Made by a program: the position numbers and the translations under genes. Positions 39,136 through 50,325 of a DNA stretch of 64,000 bases are shown in pieces (position 1 is the stretch's first letter; each line of letters opens with the position of its first letter). This stretch comes from Octopus sinensis (Eukaryota): positions 29,760,001 to 29,824,000 of the forward strand of contig NC_043016.1 of the NCBI RefSeq assembly GCF_006345805.1, written 5' to 3'. The notes beneath the pieces are model-generated. The model was not told where the DNA came from and searched no databases. It saw nothing but the letters and a program-made list of their open reading frames with translations.

Positions 39136-39166
39136 CTGCCAAGTGGAAAGAAATATATCATGTTGC

Positions 39167-39231
<65 letters not shown>

Positions 39232-39906
39232 GAGGAGGGTGGGGTGGGGGAACAAAATATCTAAATGTGAAAAAAATGATACTTTAAATTTAAGCAAGAG
39301 AAAACAGAACCACTTCTTTGAATAGCGAATGTACTGCTATTTGTACAGAGCATCTTGCATATATTTGAGTCAATGATTAATTCAACATAATGACAATGTT
39401 ATTACCAAAATTAAAACAAATTTATACTAAGGTAATGTAATTAAAAAACGTTATTCAACAGCTTACAATAGAATTTGGCCCAAGTTAGTGCTGGATGCAT
39501 ATGAATTCATATATGATGACCTGGTCCTGCAAAGTAAAGTCACTTTGGTGGCATCTCTAATATGCTTAAATCTTCACTTCACCAATTAAATTTTTGCAGG
39601 TGATTTAACATGCTGATCGTATGCAATTCACTTTTCATAGTCTCAGCCAGTAAAAATAAGATGTGTGTACTATTTAATACGAAATGTGGAGTATTCCAAA
39701 AGTACCCCACTATCAAAAATCTGTTAGCTTGGACAATGTGCCTCAGTTGCACATGCATAGAACCAAGATATATTCAGTTCCCATTCAGTGGGGATTAAAG
39801 TTTATTAATTCAGTGGTTAGGAGTACAAATCAACTTTCTCAAAATTGGAGTGTTAAGCAACCAGAAATAAAAAAGCTATTTTACATGATTAGAAGAAGAT
39901 ACTTAC

Positions 39907-40073
39907 GGAGGAGGCCGGCGTTTCCATACATATCTATGAGGGCCAGTCTCAAAAACAGGTTTTCCTTTTGACTCATCAACATTAATAACCTGAGCTCCTT
40001 CCATTTTATCGTCCCAAGTTCCTGTTAAAACCCACTGAGCTTTCCCTGAGCTATTTGTAACCACTCCAGTAAC
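39907..40073 (-). CDS. OSBP: OSBP coding exon (ORD)
   Basis: ttcttgtag|GTT ... CC|gtaagt, phase 0-2; VTGVVTNSSGKAQWVLTGTWDDKMEGAQVINVDESKGKPVFETGPHRYVWKRRPP. Not in the ORF track; read manually. Confidence 0.95.
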
Positions 40074-40280
40074 CTACAAGAAATCACAAAATCGCCTTCA
40101 GTAACACATACAGTATATCAAAGAATTTTCATGAATGGAAATAAATTACAAATTCTTAGAGACAAAATCAATTAACTAAGTGTCGATAAGGTATGTGGTA
40201 AAACAGATACTGACTGACAAATCAACTAAATCTATTTTAAGATTTAAGGTAAATATCAGAAAAGCCTCTGTCCAAGAAAT

Positions 40281-40785
40281 TTAAGCCCTTTTGATACCAA
40301 TCCAGCTAAAATTACCCCTGGTTCTTTGATATAAATTTCTTGTTTTAAAGTGATCTACATAAAAATCATTTATCAAAATTTCATGTTAATTTATGTTCCA
40401 AACACCAACTTAATAATGCCTAAGTTATTTTATAAAATTCTTCATTATTTTCAAAATTAATCAAAATGTGACAAAAAGGATTAAGGTGATCTAAATCAAA
40501 GTCTCCAATCAAAATTTCATGTTAATTTATTTATGTTCCAGACACCAGATTAATAACAACAAAGTTATTTTACTAAATTCTGCATTCTTTCAGAGGTTAA
40601 TTGGAACAGAGGTGATCTAAATCAAAATCTTCAATCGAAATTTTCATATAAATTTATATTCCAGATGTCAGCTTAATAATGACCAAGTTTTTTTTTTTGT
40701 TTTTTTTTAAATTTTGCATTATTTACGAGATTAATTGAAACAAAAGCTTTGTATTTCAGCAGAAATATGGCAACAAAAGGGTTTA
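40281..40785. mobile_element. piggyBac-type MITE (second family) with an internal triplication
   Basis: Ends ttaagcccttttgatacc / ggcaacaaaagggttt; three ~130-bp internal units; a single-unit relative lies at 63258-63485. Confidence 0.65.
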
Positions 40786-41329
40786 CATCAAATTATAAAT
40801 ATACCATGACTATAAATTCATTCTAATTACTAACACGCTATTCATAAGGTGAATAACTATAATTTGGAGGTCTGGCAGCTGAAATAGGTATTATTTTAGA
40901 TTCTTAACCTGAAAAAAATTAATGATCTGACGAAGATAGGAGAGATTCAAGTAGCAAGCAAGGGTTTTATTCCATGCTGTTATACACATGTTAATTTGAT
41001 ATTGATTTTGTGGATTCTTCACCACCACAACTATGGCAATAATGATTTCTTACAAGCTATAATAAGAACAGTTTCACTTTATTATCAACAAAAAGGGACT
41101 AATGTTCATTGATCTTCAATAAAGCTTGCAGAATATCAGAACAAGGGAATTCTAATACTGAAGGCAGGTCTTTTGTCAGACAAGAAAATAAAGAAAATTC
41201 TTCTCTAATGAAGGGTCTGGCTGGAAATTACAGAATATATTATAGAATGTAAATTTCCCCCACCTTCTTTCTATAGTGGTAGTAGTATCAGCAGCAGCAG
41301 CAACAACTATTTACAATTTAGGACAAAGT

Positions 41330-42430
41330 CTGAGATTTGGATGAGGGCAGTGTCAGTCAATTACACTGACCCCAGTATTTGACTGGTACTCTAATTTTAA
41401 TGACCCTTGGAAGGATGAAAACCAAAGTTAACCTATACAGTATTTGAACTTAGAACAGAGTACCACAACTAAAATCTGCAACACATTTTGTCCACTGCTC
41501 TAACAATTCTGCTATTCCATAACTCTTATAATGCCAATAATTATTTGTAATGTAGGCAGAAAGTCATGAATTTGAGGGGAATGAGTTGAAGTGATATCAT
41601 GAAGCCTAGTACTTTATGGTACTTTATTTTACTGCCTCCCCCCTCTGCCCCATCCCTTCCAAAAGATGATTGGTTAAGCTGACCTTGATAGGGTTTCAAT
41701 TCAGAATGTAAAGAGCTAGAAGAAAAACTGCAAAATCATTTTGTTCAACAATCCAACGGTTCATATTGTGATACAAATAATAATAATAATAATAATCCTT
41801 TCTTCTTAAGGCACAAGGCCCGAAATTTGGGGATAGGGACTAGTTGATCACATCAACCCCAGTGTTTCACTGGTACTTATTTCATTTAACTCCGAAAGGA
41901 TGAAAGGCAAAGTTGACCCTGGCAGAATTTGAACTCGCAACATAGTGAAAGGCGAAATACTGCAAGGCATTTTGTCCAGTGTGCTAACGATTCTGCCAGC
42001 TCGCTGCCTTAAAAATAATAATAATAAGGGTAATAATGGTCTCTGATTTAAGCACAAAGCCAGCAGTTTTTAGGGGATGGGGGAAAGTCAATTACGCTGA
42101 TCCTATTATTTGGCTGGTGCTTATTTATTAACCCCGAAAGGATTAAAGGCAAAGTTGAGCTTGGCAGAACTGGGACTCAGAATGCAAAATTGAATGAAAT
42201 GCTGTTAAGCATTTTGTCTGGTGTGCTAATGGTTCTGCCAGCTTGCTGTTGCTGCTGCAGCAGCAACAACAAACCTTTCTGAAATTTTGGGGGAAGGGGC
42301 TACTCGAATACAATGACCCCCAAAAGGAAGAAAGGCAAAGTTGGCTATGGCAGAATTTGATCTCAGAATGTAAAGACAAATGAAATGCCTTGCAACAGTT
42401 TGTCTGGTGTGCTAACAATTCTGCCAGCTC
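41330..42430 (-). mobile_element. Cluster of about four SINE family B copies
   Basis: Repeated gaaaggatgaaaggcaaagttgacc..gaatttgaactc..gctaacgattctgccagctc. Confidence 0.7.
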
Positions 42431-42582
42431 AACACCTTAATAATAATAATAATAATAATAATAGATTTTTGACAATAACTAGCAAATACATAGATAAAAG
42501 AAAATATAATAGTTTTTGACCAACTGATGATGATGATGATGATGACGAACCATTTACATTTTTAAGTAATAAGGCTAAATAC

Positions 42583-42782
42583 CTTGCGTGGTGTCTCCCT
42601 GCTAAAGTAACTATAGGCTGAATATTTCAAGTGACACTTATCACCAGTGGTATGATTGGTGATGTCCATTTCTCCATGGTTGTCTACCCACAGACGACCA
42701 ACAATGATATTATGTACTGTTGTGGTTACCTTTCGCCATGTGTAGTGGTCACCAGTCTTAGTGAACTCAAGATGGCTGATAC
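42583..42782 (-). CDS. OSBP: OSBP coding exon (ORD)
   Basis: ctcattacag|GT ... AAG|gtattt, phase 1-0; GISHLEFTKTGDHYTWRKVTTTVHNIIVGRLWVDNHGEMDITNHTTGDKCHLKYSAYSYFSRETPRK. Confidence 0.97.
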
Positions 42783-42930
42783 CTGTAATGAGAAAATTTA
42801 CAACTTTTGTAAATGACTTCATGGCATTTAATTATTATCATTTATTACTATAAAGGACAATCATTTGTACACTCTAGAACCCACCCACCTGCCCCACTAT
42901 CTTTTCTCCAGACACAACTACAGTTAACTC

Positions 42931-43142
42931 TTAATCCTTTAGCATTTAAACATTAATAGTCTGCCTGTTTTATAGTCAAACTGGTCAGACCCGGCCTCTA
43001 ACAACCACCCTATAAAGTCATTGTAAAAAATAAACAATCACATTGTTGACATTTTAAAGCTATGAGATAATGCATGATTAATTCAGAATGTGAATAAATA
43101 AAAATTACACTTGACAGAGTAATCTGAATGCTAAAGGGTTAA
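42931..43142. mobile_element. piggyBac-type MITE
   Basis: ttaatcctttagcatt ... aatgctaaagggttaa with TTAA at both ends. Confidence 0.8.
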
Positions 43143-43460
43143 TGTCCATTTTCTATGTTTTTATATTTATAGCAGGGATTTTTCTGAAGCAATTTTTAAC
43201 ACTTCTGATACCAACCCATCTGAAACGACCACCTCTGATTTCAGGATTCAAGATCAATCAATTCTAAAGTGTTCATATTCGAATTAAAATTATAACATCA
43301 TAATTTTATGTAGGAAAATTACTGTTTTACAAATTGGTTTAATGTACCAATTAACATAATATAAAAGTTGGTTAAATCTCTCAAAAATTCATTATCATTT
43401 TCAGAATTCTGATTACACAGTTATGTTCATACAATTCTATATTTAAGAGATGAGAAAATA

Positions 43461-43916
43461 TGTACATTATTTACATTTGACAGATATTTGTCCTCATCTT
43501 GTTAACACAACGTTTTGGCTGATATATCCTCCAGCCTTTATCAGGTGTCTTGGGGAAATTTCGAACCTGGGTTCTCATTCTTAAGGTATTTTTTGATGTT
43601 GTTGTTGTTATTGTTATTATTATTATTATTAGTAGTAGTAGTAGTAGTAGAATTCAGGTCACTGCCTAGAATTGAACTCAGAATCTTGGGGTCGGTAGCT
43701 ACTAACCCCAAGAATCTGAGTTCGATTCCAGGCAGTGACTGGAATAAAAATAATAATGATAATAATAACAACAACATCAAAAAATACCTTAGGAATGAGA
43801 ACCCAGGTTCAAAACTTCCCCAAGACACCTGATGAAATCTGGAGGGTATATCAGCCGAAACGTGTTAACAACAAACAAAATGAGGACAAATATCCATCAA
43901 ATGTAAATAATGTACA
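43461..43916. mobile_element. 456-bp palindrome of two head-to-head SINE-like arms with hammerhead-like tails
   Basis: Centre gtag|ctac at 43698/43699 with no spacer. Each arm has a B-box-like gagttc(g/a)att, an (AAT)n stretch, and a tail containing acacCTGATGA..GAAACGT (degenerate in each copy). Confidence 0.85.
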
Positions 43917-44544
43917 GTTATGTTCCTCCCAAGGATTAGCACTAACTGTTACCCCATTCCCCTTAATGGTGTTTGAAACTTGCCGAACAGTTGGATCTGA
44001 CCCCAATGTTTTGCCACATAGTAAACACAAGTTGATCATGTGAGCAAACCCACTTTCAGTCCAACCAATGGCATTTGTCCATGTGATAATCCGGTTGCAT
44101 GACTAGAACCTTCTGCCTACAAATGCAGTTCATTTGAGCGTGTAAACTTTAGAGTGATCCGATTCATGGTAGGTTTTACTCTCGACACACAGCTGTTTTC
44201 GCACCCACGTATTTAACCTTATGCAACACACCATAGCATCTCAGCAACAAGAATATGCACTGATATGTAAAAACTAGCCCGAATGTTGAATTTCTGAAAA
44301 AAGATTATCTGAACTTGTAACTGATGTCATTTCATCTGAATATTCCTCTTCTTGTACTGCATGAACAATTTTTATACTAATATAGCAATAGATAATGTTC
44401 ATATAAATTAAAACAAGTCTTCTCCCTGGCTACACTATATTTGCATTAGTCTAAGATTAGAAGATGGCTACTTCAAAGTGGAAGCGTCCTACCAACAACA
44501 ATGAAATATACCAGATATATAAGGTTTTGGAAAAAAAGACTTAC

Positions 44545-44662
44545 CCATGGGTATAATCTGAAGATATTTGCCACGGAATTTGCTCATCATTGTGAACTCC
44601 TGCCACAAGCGCCAACCCCTTCCTTCTGTATACTGTGCACACATTGGAGGATGGTGACTTAC
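44545..44662 (-). CDS. OSBP: OSBP coding exon (ORD signature EQVSHHPP)
   Basis: tttttatttag|GTAAGTCAC ... ATGG|gtaagt, phase 0-1; VSHHPPMCAQYTEGRGWRLWQEFTMMSKFRGKYLQIIPM. Not in the ORF track; read manually. Confidence 0.96.
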
Positions 44663-45339
44663 CTAAATAAAAAGATCGTCAGTGTTATTGCTAATCTCTT
44701 GAGAAACAACTGTTAGTCAACAACAATGTAGTAAAATGCCCCTCCCTCCCTTCTTTCCTGACACTTTGGCTGGAATAAAATAGTTATATTATCGGTTCAT
44801 GGAATGAAAGTATTAGAAAGGCTGTTAAAGAGAATAAAAAGGAAAGCAAAGATAGATGAAACACAGTGTGTATTTACATCAGAAAGAGACCTGAGTAACA
44901 AATTGGGTTTGTAGTTTTTTATATTTTTACTGCTTAGTCACAGGACAGGGACAGTGCAACACTCATGATACTTTATTCTTTTTTAGGGTCTTCAAGACTG
45001 GTTGAGTGAAGGGAAGACTTAAACCAAAGACCTGGCCCAAAGCCCAGGTAGTGATGTTAAACTGGTTAATGGATAAAATTTATCAACCAAGGAGACAGAG
45101 CACTGGCTTTAGCAAGTACTTTATGGTATTTGTTTCCAATCTTCTAACAATTCCAGCAATGCATTATTGCAGAATGGTGCTTTATTTTACCGAATTCCAA
45201 AAGGATAATAAATGGCAAAGTTGATCTTGGGGTGCAGAATAAATACCAGAAGGCATTTTGTCCTACACTTAAATGACTCTACCAATTCATTGCTTGTTGA
45301 TCTGGAAAAAGACTCACCTTGATTGGTGACATGAGCACT

Positions 45340-45550
45340 GAGAGAGTTAGGAGAGAGAGCACACATAGTTGTAACAGCAAAAAAACGGGGACATGGATGA
45401 GTTTGGAATGAAGGCTGAGATGCATTAGGGCTCAGCATTAAGCTCACTACAATTTGTAATTGTAATGGAGGTGCTAGCAATAGACATTAAAAGAAGGTTC
45501 ACCATGGGAGCTGTCACACGTAGATGGTCTGACATTAATAGCAGAGAATA
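45340..45550 (+). mobile_element. Decayed RTE reverse-transcriptase fragment
   Basis: DEFGMKAEMH*GSALSSLQFVIVMEVLA..PWELSHVDGLTLIAE resembles VGVHQGSVLSPLLFIIVME..PWELLYADDLVLIAE. Confidence 0.6.
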
Positions 45551-46204
45551 TGGATAGACTCATCCTCATCATCATTATTTAATGTGTTTTCCATGCTGGC
45601 ATGGGTTGGACAGTTTGATTGAAAATTGGTAAGTCTGGGAGCTACACTAGGTTCCATCCAATCTGGTTTCAGCATGATTGCTACAGCTGGATGCCCTTCC
45701 TAATGCCAATCACTCTAGGAGCGTAGCGAGTGCGTTTTATATGCCACTAGCATGGGTGCCATTGACATGATACTGACATTGGCCATACACTTAAATGGTG
45801 GTTTTTATGTGTCACTGGCACAGGTGCCAGTCAACCGGCACTAATATCAGCTATAGCTTCAATTCACTTGGCCTGACAAGTCTTCCAAACGTTTGAGGGG
45901 TGATTTTTGTGTGTCAGTTACATGACATTGAAAAGGGAAAATTAACAAAAACTTTAAAAAATAGTTGAGATAATGTTGTAATCCAATGTTGGACTGTTAT
46001 ACGACCACTCCAGTATAGTTGAATAGTTAGTTAGGCAGGTATGACATAACTATCTATGACCGACTTCTTGACATCACAGTATTTGCAATGTCTAGCACAT
46101 ACCACTTGTGAGGGAGAGGTGTTCCATTATTATTATTATTATTCCCATAACATATAACCCCACCACTCCAAAAAAAAAATACATGCATGTGTGAGTACAT
46201 ATAT

Positions 46205-46265
<61 letters not shown>

Positions 46266-46287
46266 AATAAATAAATATAAATACAAC

Positions 46288-46533
46288 CTGCTCTGCAAGT
46301 GCTCTCCATCCATAATCATCAGTGCGATCACACTCATAAGTCTCTCCAAGCAATGGGTTGAAAGGCTTGCTGGTACGGTTGGTAGTAGTGGAATAAGAAG
46401 AGATGGTAAAAGCGGCCACATATGCCATCTGTTCAGCAGATAATTCACAGCGTGCTGCCTGGTCAAGGCACTCAGAATATTCAAAGTCTTCAGTAAGTCG
46501 TTGTAACATTGAAAGCGGCTCATTAAAATTAAC
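46288..46533 (-). CDS. OSBP: OSBP coding exon (ORD)
   Basis: ctcttggtag|GTT ... CAG|gttgta, phase 0-0; VNFNEPLSMLQRLTEDFEY...RTSKPFNPLLGETYECDRTDDYGWRALAEQ. Confidence 0.97.
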
Positions 46534-46678
46534 CTACCAAGAGAAAATTTAAATTAAACTTAATTACAATCAAACAGGCTCTATATTTTTGTTTTCAGTC
46601 TTTTTTCAGGTATAGTAACAAATAAAAAGAATGTGTAAGAGAAAACAGAAGATATGAAACAGTGGTAGCACAACTTAC

Positions 46679-46876
46679 AGGCATGGGGATTTTAGAAAGC
46701 TCTTTGCCAATACAATTTTTCATAATGCTCCATAAATTCAGACTATAGTTTGGTCGTTCCAATATAGCTTTCCGACGAACCCTTGGGCGTTGTCCTATAC
46801 TACTTTCACTGATAGAGCTTTGCCTGTTTTTGTCTTGACTGGCATTTCTTCGGTGTGAACATTTAGCACCATCTTT
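46679..46876 (-). CDS. OSBP: OSBP coding exon (linker and start of ORD)
   Basis: gtcttacag|AAA ... CCT|gtaagt, phase 0-0; ends RPNYSLNLWSIMKNCIGKELSKIPMP, essentially the vertebrate OSBP sequence. Confidence 0.97.
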
Positions 46877-47639
46877 CTGTAAGACAAAATGTACAGATTG
46901 AGAGAGAGAGAAAGAAAGAGAGAGAGAGAGAGAGAGTGAGTGAGAGAGAGCTATAACCACAAGGTTGATTACTACAACATGTAATCATCATCACAACATT
47001 CTTTCATGAGCTCTATAAAAGTTTACAGAAAACATCATCAACAACACCTAACATCGGGTTTTTGGTAGCATAGGTTGGATGTCTTAACAGGAACTGGCAA
47101 GGCCAGAAACCGCACCAGGTTCCAGTCTGTTTTGTCTTGGTTTTTATGGCTGGATGCCCTTCCTAATGCCAACCACTTTACAGAGAGAACTGGGTGCTTT
47201 TTACGTGGCACCAACAACCACATCAAAGCTTTTAACATGGTGCCTTGGGTTTAGGCCACATGGTAGGAAGGTCTTCTTGAGTACAGCAATTCACTGTATA
47301 TCTCACCACATACACACATGCATAAACAAAACTCTCAAAAGTTTATTTCATATTTCAAGTATCATACTGTGTTTTGCTCTTAGTTTCTCAGAGTAACCTT
47401 TAGATCACGATAAAAAATTTTTTTTTAATCTGTACTCTCCATTTACGTAATTCTTTGAAATCAGTCAGTATTGTCACTTACGTTGCACTGGCACATATAC
47501 ACTTTCATGGCACCAGTACAAGTGCAATTTATGTGGAACCAACACGAATGCATTTTACGGGGAACCAGAAAGTGCATCTTATTGGCACAAATGCAATGTT
47601 ACACAATGTCATTTTTTCTTCTTCCTTTTTTTAATGTGA

Positions 47640-48100
47640 CTGGCATTCATGTCAGCAGGGTGCAAAGAGCACCATACGAGTATGATCGTTACCAGCGTCG
47701 CTTTACTGGCACTTATGCCTATGCTAGTAGGGTGCCAAGAGCACCATCCGAGCGTGATCGTTGCCAGAGCAGCCAACTGGCTTCCGTACCCGTGGCACGT
47801 AAAAGGGCACCATTCGAGTGTGATCGTTACCAACGTTGTGCCGGTGGCACGTGTAAAAAGATTCGAGCGAGGTCGTTGCCAGTACCGCCTGACTGGCCCC
47901 CGTGCAGGTGGCACGTAAAAGGCACCCACTACACTCTCGGAGTGGATGGCGTTAGGAAGGGCATCCAGCTGTAGAAACTCTGCCAGATCAAGATTGGAGC
48001 CTGGTGCAGCCATCTGGCTTGCCAGCCCTCAGTCAAAATCGTCCAACCCATGCTAGCATTGAAAGCGGACGTTAAACGATGATGATGATGATGATGATGA
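47640..48100 (+). mobile_element. RTE LINE 3'UTR with four internal ~55-70-bp repeats and (GAT)n tail
   Basis: gcaccat.cgag.gtgatcgtt.ccag units followed by the standard tail. Confidence 0.75.
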
Positions 48101-48227
48101 TATCAATTTTTATAACCTTCCAACAGACATAAATGTAGCAAAGAAAGATGTTTACAGTTCTTGTAGAATCTTTCTGACTTGGACTTAATATTCTGCAGAA
48201 AATATCAGAAAAATGGTCAATACTTAC

Positions 48228-48372
48228 TGAAGTTGTCCTCTTAGGTGAAGATTCTGATTTAGCACAAACAACTCTAGCCTCTTTGGTATTATCTTCCCCA
48301 TCTGATTCTGATGAACTTTGTGGCTCAAGGACTTGATCCAAACTGTCAATGCTAACACCACTGCCAGTTCTC
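48228..48372 (-). CDS. OSBP: OSBP coding exon (Ser-rich linker)
   Basis: gtttccag|G ... TCA|gtaagt, phase 2-0; (R)RTGSGVSIDSLDQVLEPQSSSESDGEDNTKEARVVCAKSESSPKRTTS. RTGS matches the OSBP phospho-cluster. Confidence 0.9.
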
Positions 48373-49395
48373 CTGGAAACAACAGACATGATAATAAATA
48401 GAAAGGTTTTAATATATCTTACCTCATGCTCTATACCAGTGCTCCGCAACCAGTATGCCGCAGAACAATGGTGTGCCACAGTGTAACCTGAATATAATTT
48501 TTCCCCTTATACTTTTAGTTATATTTTTAGTTCAGGTGTGCCACCAAATTTTGAAAAGAATATAAGTGTTCCACAAGTGAAAAAAGGCTGCAAAGGTCAA
48601 TCTCCATCAAGCAACACTTAAAATCAAAGCTGTTGCAATCATGATCAATCTTCTGAGTTTTTGTACAGTGAGAATTACATTGCCAAATGTGTCTGAGGAT
48701 GACAGAAGTGGGGAGGGGGTAGGATTTTAGCTGCTATATTTAGAAAATCAAGCAACCACATAGAGGTTTCTTCATAAGAGATGTTTCAATAATGTTGCAC
48801 AGTTTTGCAGGCAGAACTGCCACTAATTGAAATTTTTCTTTTGTTTTTTCAATAAATTTATTTCTTTACAGTGTCTTGTGAAACAACAACTGTTGTTATT
48901 ACTATTATTATAAACACCACCATTACCAACAACATCAACAACAATAATACCACAAGCACCTACAACATCTTGTACAAGTATTACGATTACTAAAAATAAT
49001 GAGTTCCAAGTTTGGCAGCAGGCCACAAATTTCGAGGAGTGGTGTAAGTCAATTTAAACAACTCCCAGAAGCCAACCCCAGCAGGATTTCAACTGACAAG
49101 AAATGTAATACTACTAGGAGGCATTTACTCCACCACATTACTGTTTCTGACAACTACTAAATGATAATAACAATAATAATAATAACAATAATATTGTTAA
49201 CAATAAATATATCACTTTTAAACTCTCTTCATATTCAAAAAAATCCAATTTTGTTTGCTAAACATTGCTAACGTAAACTTCCGGTAACACATTTGTTTGT
49301 GTCATTCCAGAAAAAGCATGTCTTCAATATTGTGTAGTGATGGTCGTGGTCGTGGTGGTGAGAAGAATAGAAGAGAGAGAAAGCTGGTTACAAAC

Positions 49396-49489
49396 CTATG
49401 AGTTTTGTCATATGGAAGCGCCACACTGAATTCTTCAACTTGATGTTCAACTGCTTCAAAGAATTCATCTTCATCAGAAGACTGGGGAA
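49396..49489 (-). CDS. OSBP: OSBP coding exon with FFAT motif
   Basis: ctgttattag|TT ... AG|gtttgt, phase 1-2; xPQSSDEDEFFEAVEHQVEEFSVALPYDKTH. Confidence 0.92.
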
Positions 49490-49524
49490 CTAATAACAGA
49501 TATAAAAAAAACAAAACAAAACAA

Positions 49525-49563
49525 ATTATAAATATAATAATAATAATGATGATAATAATAATA

Positions 49564-49595
<32 letters not shown>

Positions 49596-49615
49596 TAATA
49601 ATAATAATAATAATC
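49525..49615. repeat. (AAT)n microsatellite
   Basis: About 90 bp of imperfect (AAT)n next to SINE B tails. Confidence 0.9.
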
Positions 49616-49619
49616 ATGG

Positions 49620-50070
49620 TTTCAAATTTTGGCATAAAAACCAATAATCTTTAAGGTAGGTGGGTTTGAGTCAATTACATTGACCCCAGTGTTCAATGTA
49701 CTTATTAAATAGATCCTGAAAGGATAAAAGACAAAGTCGACCTTGGTGGAATTTGAGATCAGAACAAAAGATGGACAAAATGCTGCTAAGCATTTTGCCT
49801 GGCATGCTAACAATTCTGCCAGCTTGCCTTCTTAATAATAATAATAATAATAATGGTTTCAAATTTTGCCACAAGGGCAGCCATTTTGGGAGAGGGGATA
49901 AGTTGATTATGTTGATCCCACCAGTGTTTCACTGCTATTTAATTATCGACCCAGAAAGGATGAAAGGCAAAGTCGATCTTGGCGTTATTTGAACTCGGAA
50001 TGTAGCGGTGGGTGAAATACTGTTAAGCATTTTGTCCAGCATGCTAATGATTCTGCCAGTTCTCTACCTT
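49620..50070 (-). mobile_element. Two tandem SINE family B copies
   Basis: Family B motifs on the minus strand, separated by (AAT)n. Confidence 0.7.
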
Positions 50071-50273
50071 AATAATAATAACAATAGTAATTTATTTGCT
50101 GCAAAGGCAATAGCTGGGAATGCATTAAAATCAATGAGAAAAAAAATGACATGAAAAACAAGCGTGCCACAGGAATGGAACAAGGGGCTTGAAATATGGG
50201 TACCCCATAAGTCCCCGATTACCTTAACTTCTAAAGGTAAATACTTGTGTCTTCTGCAACGAATATATATATA

Positions 50274-50325
<52 letters not shown>

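Noticed and set aside
43515-44043. Near-identical ORFs on both strands
   Set aside because: A by-product of the palindrome and its (AAT)n/(GTT)n tracts.
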